This document shows positions 53,901-64,000 of a stretch of DNA of 64,000 bases, one piece after another; within the stretch, counting starts at the first letter, position 1; each line of letters opens with the position of its first letter. The position numbers were made by a program, and so were the translations under genes. The notes beneath the pieces are model-generated. The model saw only the letters and a list, made by a program, of their open reading frames with translations. It had not been told where the DNA came from and did not search any database. The DNA is from Phoronis australis (Eukaryota > Animalia > Phoronida), in contig NMRA01000493.1 of assembly GCA_002633005.1 (NCBI GenBank), positions 261,140 through 325,139 on the forward strand. Direction: 5' to 3'.

Positions 53901-56900
53901 TAGGCCTACGGGATAGCTAAAACAAGTTACACATTCAAAATTGGCACTCATGCGCACTTCCTATAACTCTAGTTACCGTTCCATTTTGCAACCATTCGGG
54001 ATCGGATAAATGAGGTAATACCTTAAAGAAACAACAAGGCATTTCTGGGTTTGTTATTATTTCTTTGTATGTTCTGTGTATCCTTCAATAAATATATATC
54101 ACAGTGAAAAAAGGGCATTTCTGTTAAAGAGGCATTAAACGCTTAATCAGGCGAAAGAATAATTTTCAAACAATTCTTGACGGAAGTACGATTTCTTAAC
54201 CAGTACTATGGAGTTAATCATATTTCCCTGTGAGGGAATTTCTCGAAAAAAATCACAAAATTCGAAATTTTTGAAATACGCGCGAAGGAAAACTATTGTA
54301 GTCACCTCCCGGCATTGTGATGAATGTTTTAGCTGTTAAGTCATCGGTTTCGTCAACTGTCTTGGATTAATTTGAAAAAATAAGCCAATTTTGGCTACAA
54401 GATTTTCACATGTAAAAGTGAGAGAACAGGGGTTAAGGGCTGTTGGAACAAAGATTTTTGACCGCTGTGTACTGGTCGGTTGTCACAGAGTTGCAATTAT
54501 GCATGCCATCCCCAACCAATCTAGGACTGCCACGCACTTGTTTTAGAGTGACTCTTCCTGATAACACTATGGATGTGGTCAATACTGGACTATTGGAGCA
54601 ATGCAGACGTTTTCAGTAAAAGCCTAACAAAGAATTTGCAAGGCCAAGTTATAATGAAGTTCACTCTACGAAGAGTATTTATAGCTTCGACACATTTTCA
54701 GAAAAGACCCCTGTATAAAATGTAGAAGCATTTTTCAGAAAAGCTGGGAACGAGACATTTTAACACAGCTAGCCCTGCTCTCAAGCCAAATTTTGCGTAA
54801 ACAAAATGGAGGCCAAGTTATCAAGTTCAGTTGCATCCTTGTAGTAGGAACCACAATACACATGTAGCGTTTAAAATGGTGAAATATCACTCCCGTACAC
54901 TTCTTATAAATAGATATTGAGCAATACATCACATATAAAAACTAATAACCATCGCAACTCCAAAAACTAATTATGCTAACCAGATGCCGCTATTACCATA
55001 CAATGTGATTTTCATTGTAACCTTGTGGTACTGCAGGCTAATTTGAAAAATGACGTGTTTGTACTAATGTTTTCATGGTCAACAAACATGATAAAGACAC
55101 TTTTGAAGTAATTTATTTCATATTTATTGGGTTAAAGAGGCATACTTACAAAATATAGAAGAAAACAGTCGTTAGTCTGAAATGCTTGTTCATCAAGGTC
55201 TCACTATTATAGCAGAATACAAGGACAAAAGTTCATACTATTCAGTAATCTTCTATTCCTAAAAATCAAAAATAGATATTGTTCTTAAAAACATCAGCGG
55301 TTATCCTTATAGTGTTAGTTGTATGAATTATTTTCTGGCCAGCTGAACACAGTTTAAGCACTTTTTGTTAGTTTTTTAACACGCGTGAATTAAATCAAAC
55401 TGTATTCATACAAGGAGTCTGATCATGAATGGGCTCCTGGCATTTACATAATGATGTCCATCGTAATACAGATTTCATGCATTTCCTTTGTCTACTGTTG
55501 CATTGTTTCTGGCATGGACATGATAGCATCTCTAGGCATCTTTCTGAAATAAGGCTCTGTGTCATCAGTATGGGCTGCAGTTTTGAGTCCGCAGGAGCGT
55601 ATCCAGGCTTTTGAGTTAGGGTCAGACATTCGCATCTCCGCACTGCCACATGGAATCTGTGAGAATTTAAGGGGGCATGGCCCCCTTGGCCCCTTTCTTA
55701 CGCCACTGGTCCGTGTGTGTCATTCCCATATCAGAGTGTGCTGGAAGCTCAGGTATGGGACAATGAGCATTTGGCCATACTTTGACATGATAGTGCACTC
55801 TCACCAGACCAAAATAGAGCATATCATGCGTTCGGGGTTCACGGTCTTGGAAAATAGTAAATGGCATGCTACATCTACAGAATCTGCTTTGGTCATGGTG
55901 CATATTCGACAGACAAATGCTTCTAAAATCTCTACAGTTTTCTCTGTGAATTCACCCTATGCCTACTTTACTAAGCAATCTGTGATGGAAACACCTTCCT
56001 TGATGATCGCTTCGTGTGATTGGCAAATTCCGAGGTGGCGTAACACCCATACTGGGCTTAAAAAGCTGACAAGGATGTTGCCAAGTCTATTAGCAGGATG
56101 TTGAAAACTGCTTCAGCAGGTATATATATGGACGTTTCTTTGAGGAACTCGACATGGTCCAGATACTTTCACATCACATTTGTTGGAAGTGCGATACAAG
56201 AAGCAGTAGAAAACCAGTGTCCATGGAAGACACGACTACTGTTCTAAATTTGCTGTGGACAGCATGCAATACCAGTCTTGTGTCTGCTTCATCAAATGTG
56301 GATTTCAGAGGCCTCAAATTAGTCCTATCTTTAGATGACTTGACTTCCACCTTATCTTTACACCCTCCAGCAACTATAACCTCTTTATCTTCAGCCGCCT
56401 GAAAACTTATTTTCTCTGAGAGGAAATACACTGGTTCTGCTTTAATCTCAGCCAGTACCACAAAATTTGACCAGTTTTGAGGAAGAGGTAAATCACGGTC
56501 GTCCACAAGTGACTTGATTGGGCGTGTACCGCTAATGCACTGTTTCCTGGTTATGCCCTTGATTGTTTCTTCTCTGTATCTGTCAAATACGATATCATTT
56601 TTTTTGATATTGGTCACCGTTTTCACGAATGAATCAGTCTGGTCTCCAAAGGTCACAACACCACCAGGCTCTCTGATAGCTACCACTAACGCATGGCCAT
56701 CAATAACGGGGCAAAAGGACGAGTCATGAAGCGAATTGTTTCAAGACAGTCGATGTATTCTCCTAGTACGTGTACTGTGGCAAGTAAAAAATATATGTCC
56801 AGTGCGCAATGTGCCCCTCATTTCAGCAAAAAAAAAAACGGGACAGGAATAAGCTCGTGTTTGAGAACAGAGGATAAATCATCTTTTCGACCTGCCTCAT

Positions 56901-56975
56901 AAGCCGTAATTAGGCAGCAAAGGACATCCAAGTCTGCCTTCAAAACTATTTTCTTCTCTTTGTCTTTAGTTCATT
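53901..56975 (-). mobile_element. Academ(X)-like DNA transposon remnant (XPG/FEN1-like nuclease plus Cys-rich C-terminus)
   Basis: IDG, IVFDRY, DEADTRLVLHA, VVVSSMDT motifs (56174-56705); C-terminal SCPCQKQC..C..LCKC (55395-55590); putative terminus TAGGCC at 53901. Confidence 0.7.
55592..55708. mobile_element. hAT5-like MITE with a perfect 5-bp TSD inside the Academ-like ORF
   Basis: GTCCG|caggagcgta...tacgccactg|GTCCG. Confidence 0.85.
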
Positions 56976-56989
56976 CCCCAAATCCAAAC

Positions 56990-58200
56990 ATCTTTAACCC
57001 AATAAGGTTTGGCAACATTTTTTGCCATAATTTACTACCATTGATATCAATGATATGTACTTTTTGACGCATCAGTTTTTAATAGTTTTAACCAATTTTT
57101 CGCAATTCTAGGTTGTCCTATGTAATCAAGTAGTAACGATCCATCTCACATCTAACAGCTGATAAAATTGCTGTGCAAGTTAGATTTAAAATTTCTTTAA
57201 AAAATTTTGGGTGGACTAATGCAATACATTTTCTCTCGATAAAACAACATATCTCACATCTATAATTAACTATCGGCACTGTCTTAAAATCTAATAATTT
57301 CAAACTAACTCTAATGGGGAATGCATTATAACCACTCACATTTTACCTCATTAAATTCACTGGCTTGAAAATTAAGGTTTCTGTGCACATGACCGCAATC
57401 TTTCCTAGTAAGCATTAATCCTAAATATTTATATGCGTTTACAATATGAACAGTATTCCCATCATACGTACATTTTTTCATGTTATCATTCCACCCTTCC
57501 TAAAAACAATTATCTTAGTCTTTGACATTTTAACAATATATTGTCATTTCTGGCGATACTCAAATAAAATATTCAATCACTATAGGCAAAATAAAGCTAA
57601 GTCATCAGCAAACCGCAGATGCAATAATGTAGCTAATCCCATGGAAATTACAGTACTTCACCGCCATCCTTGATCTAAATCATTTATAAATAAAATAAAC
57701 AAAAACGGTGGTAGCTTAGAGCCTTGTCTTTGACCATTCTGACAATCAAAGAAATTCTTATAGCTCTCATAATTCAATCTGACGCACGATTTTACTTCCG
57801 CCTACATTTCCTTGATCATCCTATACATCTTACCTTCGATGCGATTGTTCTTTACTTAAAACTATAATGCACTTCTCTAGATATTGTCAAAAGCGACATT
57901 AAAATAAAGGAAAGCACAATAAAATGTAGCCTTCTCTCGGGACAAGTAGTTAGTTATCTACGTATACAAAAAAACATGTGATACACCCTACTGTAGCCTA
58001 TCCTAAACGCAGCTTGAGACATACTAATTACGTTTTCTCTTTCCGTCCATTCTTGAAGTCGATGGTATAATTTTTTACGAATATTTTGGCTTTGACTTGC
58101 ATGAGGGAAATTCCTCTGAAATTTTCAGGAATTTCGGCACCGCCTTCAAATATCGGTACTACAACAGATTCTGTCCATTCTTTTGGAAACAGCCCATTTT
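56990..58200 (-). mobile_element. Degenerate RTE-X-like LINE reverse transcriptase fragment
   Basis: QAAFR, RQGSKLPPFLFILFIND, FADDLAL, then PIVNYRCEI..VHPKFFKEIL..AVRCEMDRY. Confidence 0.75.
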
Positions 58201-58627
58201 AAAAGGTAGCTATATAGATGGAACAGCGAATCTACCAACTTGTAGAACTGTACGCCAATTTTATAAGCTGTTATCCTAGTTGTTTTATACACACAACAAG
58301 GCTAACTGTGTAGTCTTGTGGTTGTATGCATGCTGACAGCCAATACATTCTGCTAATGCTAGTCTGAATATACATTAGCATTAATTGTATTAATGTTATG
58401 TGCTGTGTTCTTCAGGAATATTTGCAGTACGTCACAAACCAGCATAGGTTGACTTTAAATGACAATTGCTAGCACTTTCCGCTTGCATAGAAACGAGTTA
58501 CTAGTGCTGAATCAGGCTTCACATTACACCAGCATAGGTATCCATTCTAGTTTTGCATGGCAGCAAACATTTTGGTTATGTTAACAGCAAATAAAAGTTA
58601 TTGTTTTAACCAAGATTTCAGTAGCCA

Positions 58628-60230
58628 ATGCATCTATTCGACAATCTTTACATTAAGAGAGGGCAAACGTGTACTAGTGGTGATAGATTAAGCAGCCTCG
58701 ATTTCGCGAGCCGTTTTAGTAGATGGTGCAATGGCTTGCAGCCGGGCCAACTGAATCTGAGATTGCGTGAAAAGGGTGCTTCTACGAAGGAAATAAGCGT
58801 GACTTTATACAAAGGTAAGTGATTATTTTAACGACTATTCCATGTTTACAATACGGATACCTCTTAATTGAGGTACTGGCCGGTGTCGACGTTGCGGCAG
58901 TGGCCAGTCGGTTATATCTAAACAGTAATATTAATGTATGGACTGATTTCTAACAGGTTTATCAGTGACAAGTATATGTTTATGCTGTCAACTCAATATT
59001 TGTTAGTGAGGTAAGTTATTACAATCCAATCCCAAAGGGTACGTGACAAATACCTAATAAACTATTTGTTATTTCTTATGCCCTCCGGGAATATATTACA
59101 AGTTCATGTGGAAATATAGCATGTCTGTTTTCACCTAACCTTTGTTTTTTTAGGTTTGAGGGCTAGTGCCGTGCAGAGTAGATGTGAATCACTTCTGCAA
59201 CTGTCCCTGAATGGACAACAATTGTTTTTAAGCAGTAGATTACAGGCAGCTAACCAGCAAGATCTTCATATTCAGTGCAGACTTGTTGTCAAAGCCTACT
59301 TTCTATATCGAAGACAGAGAACGAAGCCTTTGAAACGGAAATCTATTTTGGAAGATAGGTATATAAAGTGTTTTGTTAATTAACTTATTCAGTTCCTTAG
59401 CGGAGGTTGGTATAGGTGGTTGGGGTTGTAACATTTGGTGCAAACAAATGTGTGGAACTAACAAAGAATAGTGTCCGGAGAAAGATTATGGTGAGGTAAT
59501 TCTTAACCTTCATGAAGTTCTTTCACGTTTCATGAAATTGCGTTGCTATCCATTGTAAACCCCTAAAATATACTACATTCTTTGAATTCTCAACAACTGA
59601 ACAGCCTTAACTCATGCCTTAAACTGTTGCAAGTCCTTAATAATTTTATATGATTGTCAGTTTTGTGAAAGTTAAATTGTTGATATGAGGTCATATTTGA
59701 ACATATAATTCTTACTTCCAATATGCACACAATGGTGCCTTAAGATTTTTTATTATTCTTAAACAACAGACAGATTATCCATCATTTTAAGTGACCTATC
59801 CCTTTCTTAGACGAAAAATAATAAACTTGCATATATTGCAGACAGGTGAAGCGTTTAAAGCATTGATCTGGCTAAGAATGAAACATAAAGACGCAGTTCT
59901 ATACAGATCAATACTATATTATATGTTATTTACACCCTTACTTTCTGAAATTAGTAATTATTTAACTTTGTGTGAAATTGTAAAGCAGTTACCACATCTT
60001 ATTTTTGAAAAACAAGGTCATCACTTTTTACCTAGCCTGGCGTACTTAATCATTAATGTTTCAATATTTGTTCTAGGTTCAGTGGCGCTTTTAAGGCCAT
60101 TTCAAACCGCAACATATACAAGCTTTGTTACTCCTTTCTCTTCCCGCAGCATGTCGTCCACACACCAGCAGTGCTGCATGGCCCGATGTGCAAGCCAGTA
60201 GCCCTGAAGAAATGTGAATTGCAATACTAA
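58628..60230 (+). CDS. Hypothetical three-exon ORF, 181 aa (58628-58814, 59154-59358, 60077-60230)
   Basis: AAG|GTAAGT donor; CTAAC branch point plus poly-T TAG acceptor; AG|GTATAT; ttctag acceptor. Frame stays open across both junctions. No recognisable homology. Confidence 0.4.
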
Positions 60231-60548
60231 GTTACCATTATGAAAATGTGTGGGCTTATTTCCTATCCTGGAAGATACTTGAGGGACTGAAGCTAAAGAA
60301 GACCTAGTAACACTCTGGTCTAGTTCAGAGTCAGATTTTGGGCTCAAAGCAAGTCAAGTAATATGATGGCGCATTTACCTTCAAGGATCTAATAGTGAAC
60401 GTTATTGAACCTGAATAAGGATACATGAAGGAGAACCATATGCCTAAACTGTATCTTTTTACAAGCGCTTCTATAGGCTATTGAAACTTGATCCCTTTAA
60501 ACTGAAAACCCAAAGTATCTGGTATAAATACATGTACCAGTCCTTTCA

Positions 60549-60629
60549 CATAGGCGGATTTATGTGGGGCCCAGGGGTTTGCGCAAATGCTTACAGAAAA
60601 AATGTTGTGATATCCTAGATCCGCCACTG
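60549..60629. mobile_element. Short hAT5-like MITE
   Basis: cataggcggattt...gatccgccactg; TSD TTTCA/TTTCT. Confidence 0.7.
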
Positions 60630-61636
60630 TTTCTCACTGAGTGGGGTTAACTTTTCCTTTTGAAAGAAAGGCTTTATACTAACAGTAAAAGCTTTTCAAC
60701 TTCGTACCCATTATGCTGACATGACATTCAGGGACTGCATCGATTGTCTTACTGTCAGTTAAAAGCCCGTTAATGTTACTCTTTGATGATCGACTTAATT
60801 TTTCATCAACAGGCAAGTTTGCCACTAATTATTCAAACACGACATTTCTTCAATTTTAAAGCCACGTACAGTGCAGTTGTGGCGCTTCCTTAAACAGCTG
60901 ATGTGATTACCGATTTCGCTTACGAATTGTCATTTTCCTGCAGACCTATAGAAATGTCTGGCGATCAAAACGCAGTATATCCTCTAATTGCACTTGATTT
61001 GTTTATGTGTGAAACCATTTTAGAACATTCTTAAAAAGGTCTTGAAACAGTTTTAAGTTTTGTGTTAACTTGTCTAGAACAAAAGTTCCAATTGCAAGCA
61101 AAGTGTCTTTTCAATCGTAGCTAGATGGATAAGAATCTGTTATGCACAAGATTTGAGAATTAATAATAATCATTGTATTCAAAAACAAAACGGCAAATGA
61201 CAAGTGAGCAACCACATACATGTACATGTACATACAACGGAACAACATTATTTGTTAAAATCAAATTTAATTTCCCCAATGCAAGGGCTAACTTTCTGAA
61301 TTCAGACATTCAAGACCCTCAGGTTATTGTTGAAGGACTGTTTTTCACTTTGTCAAAAGTTAAAATAGACGATAAAGCAGCTGGTTTCAGTGGCCTTCCC
61401 TCACCTGTAACAGAATAGTCAGGCAAATATTAGCAATTTATAAAAGAAAACACAAGGCAAAACTACTTTTGTAAGACAGAACGTACTTGACATTTTATCT
61501 CCACGACACCTAAAATGTGTTTCTTATCTCAACAACTAAAATTCATTCTTGGTGTCAATATTTATTCCAATGCAATATTACTAATTTAGTGTAAGAATAG
61601 CTCATTTATGTTAATCTGGTAACTATAATCTGGAAA

Positions 61637-61797
61637 TCCTGGGGGTGGGGTCCGCTATAAAAAGGAAACACACTCATCTAGAGACTTTCATTGGACATAG
61701 CACTGTTTTGTAAAGTAAATGCTGTGAAAATGCCACCCTTGACATCTGAGTGGCACGTCCCATACACCCCTTATACCGGGAGCACTCCCACCCAGGA
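61637..61797. mobile_element. Small MITE with G/C-rich TIRs
   Basis: tcctgggggtgggg...ctcccacccagga. Confidence 0.4.
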
Positions 61798-62279
61798 CAA
61801 TATGTGTGCTGCTAACCTGCCATCCGGGTCCCGGGTAAGTTTCTGAGTACAAACACTTAATTCCACCGAATTTATCCGTTCTTCAGTGGGGAAACTGGTG
61901 GTTATAACATCACTGAACGATGCCCATAGAAACTCAATTGCTAAAAACTTACCAAGTAATGTGATATTATGTGATGTTATGTAGTCTCTCCATGGAAATG
62001 CATAGAGCACGCACACGGGGCATGAGGTTTCAGCTTCCACACTTGCTGTCACTTGATTGACCCTCTTGACCGCAATTCTCCACGTCTGTAGTAATCTTAG
62101 GTCTTTTGGGAATTTGTGAAAATCTGTCGAAGAGTTGCAAACGGGAAAATAGTAGTGATAAGGCTTAGCGCGACGACGACAATTCCGTTATTTTACTAGC
62201 TATTGTGACTATGTCAGTGCACATCGAAAAATAGATAATCCACAAACATTATACATGTATCTAATTTTGCCTATTGGAA

Positions 62280-62585
62280 CAGTGACGGATCTATGATATC
62301 ACAAGGGGGGCTAACATTTTGTCTCGGGCCATCACGCAAAGTGCGATTGCATTAGCGCACCTAGCCCAAAATATAGGTTCTCTAATTTCTGAGAATGTGA
62401 ACCTTTTACTAAAAACAAACTATAAAATGATTGTGACAGTGGTCTGAATGGCACACTTGCAATCGGGTCAAGCCCCCCCCCCCCTCCCTCCCACACACAA
62501 ACTAAGACTCCACACCTTGTTTAATCAGCCGCATATTAATTACCAGGGTTAATTAATAAACCCACTATTTCCTCACGCATTTTGT
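62280..62585. mobile_element. Degenerate hAT5-like family copy
   Basis: cagtgacggatctatgatatcacaagggggg plus internal match to ~24860-24970. Confidence 0.6.
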
Positions 62586-63871
62586 AAGACTATTTGTCTC
62601 TGTCGCTCTCCGAAACTACTGTGTGTTAGTTAAGTTGTAAATTTGAAACAGCTAAATGTACATGGGGCTGGGTTCAGGCTACGCCTTTGAACTGACCGTG
62701 AACATGCAAAACCACTTACTTAACGTATTATAAACATCAATCATATATTGGCTTTGACAGAAGTTCTTAGTTTGAAGTGTTATCTAAAGAATAAAATAAC
62801 CCTCAAATTTATAAGTTGTTATTGTGTGCGGCAGTCTTGTGACTGTAAACATATATATGCTGAAAGTTTGTGTACATGTAGGTCTGTCGAAGTCTGTCTA
62901 TCTTAATTATGTATTAGTTACACAACATTTATTGTCATTTCCAATTTCTGAGTTTTGTTTGAGGTTGTCAGTTGAATTTGTAATTCTAATGCTGTACATG
63001 TACATGTACACTAAGAGAATGCTCATTGAATTCTTCATTTAGATCGACACTTTGTATTAGCATTTTTGTTGAAATGCTTGGCAGTGCGCAACCAGAATTG
63101 CCAACGAAATCAAGTGGATAGAGAACCGATCACCTCCCCAAGATACATTACAAAAAGTGATGGACCCAGCATTGCTGAAAAAGGCTTCATATTACATCAA
63201 CAACAGTTACCCATTGTAGCTTTGGAATTGTGACATAGTGTTACCTCAGTAATGTTCACAACATCACGAAGTGTGGTGATTTAACCGAGATGCTAGCAGC
63301 CAATTGCTAACTTTGATTTACAAAAAAACAGCTAATTCATATGTGCTGTGGCAAGTAATATGCTTATTCTCTCACTGTGTACCCTGTGTACTGCCATTAA
63401 TCATAATGAGAACAGCAGGTGTCTTTCTGCCCTGGGTGGCACCCCCAGGTGCTGGCCTTCATCCAGCAGGCATTTGTATGTTGGGGTATTTATTTGGACA
63501 CCCTAACTTAAATTTAGACACTTTGGCTTGGCCAGCCTGTTTAGCTTTTGGATATACCGTTAATCATTCTGGCGCCCAAATAAATTATACAATTAAGTTT
63601 TGGCGTCTTTCTTATTTGGAAGCTGGCTCGCCTGTCCAGAATAAAAAGCTAGTTTTAGACATGTTGTAAGATGGGATGATCTTTTGCAGACTCATGAGTC
63701 CTCAATAACGTGTGACAAGTTATAGCAGCAATTTACAAGTAAGTGGGAGTCTTAGGAATATCTCCGCGTCATTGGTCAAGAATTTCCTGAATAACTAGAG
63801 ACACTCAGGTCGCTGTATTCTTTTAAACGTGAATGGACCTTTTGCTACATGTAGGTGCACGGAACAATTAA

Positions 63872-64000
63872 GAGTGACTCCATATAAAAACCAACAGGTA
63901 GAGTCTATACCCAAAATCACCGATTTTTTTTAAACTTAGCACATGAGTTTGGTTTGTTGAGAAGTAGAAAAACCTCACTTTTTAAGAATTTTCATTTATT
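63872..64000. mobile_element. Start of another TTAA-flanked transposon end, cut by the window edge
   Basis: TTAA|GAG...; ccgatttt..aaacttagcacat resembles 29104-29128. Confidence 0.4.

Overview
AT-rich animal DNA, probably from a lophotrochozoan such as a mollusc (inferred from the repeat repertoire). There is one assembly gap (41467-41998) and three single-N joins. The main host gene is a 14-coding-exon, minus-strand DUS2 (tRNA-dihydrouridine(20) synthase with a C-terminal dsRBD; 444 aa; 18093-46987), which I spliced by hand with canonical GT-AG sites and consistent phases. Two other host candidates are a small secreted cysteine-rich peptide gene (14642-14900, frameshifted in a C5 run) and an orphan three-exon ORF (58628-60230). 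The rest is a dense mix of mobile DNA: a decayed and a near-intact Gypsy LTR element, two Penelope-like GIY-YIG fragments (one with a hammerhead ribozyme), a TTAA-flanked Kolobok-like element carrying an L1/Tx1 insertion, a TTAA-flanked Sola3-like element, an Academ-like XPG/Cys-rich remnant, RTE-X-like and CR1-like LINE pieces, 5-bp-TSD MITEs, Helentron-like elements with tandem arrays, and many minisatellites. The most unusual signals are an inverted tRNA-head plus hammerhead-ribozyme element in a DUS2 intron, regularly spaced CTCF-like motif arrays carried by Helentron-like repeats, and tandem repeats that duplicate DUS2 splice sites. Family names come from motif recognition only; no database search was run.
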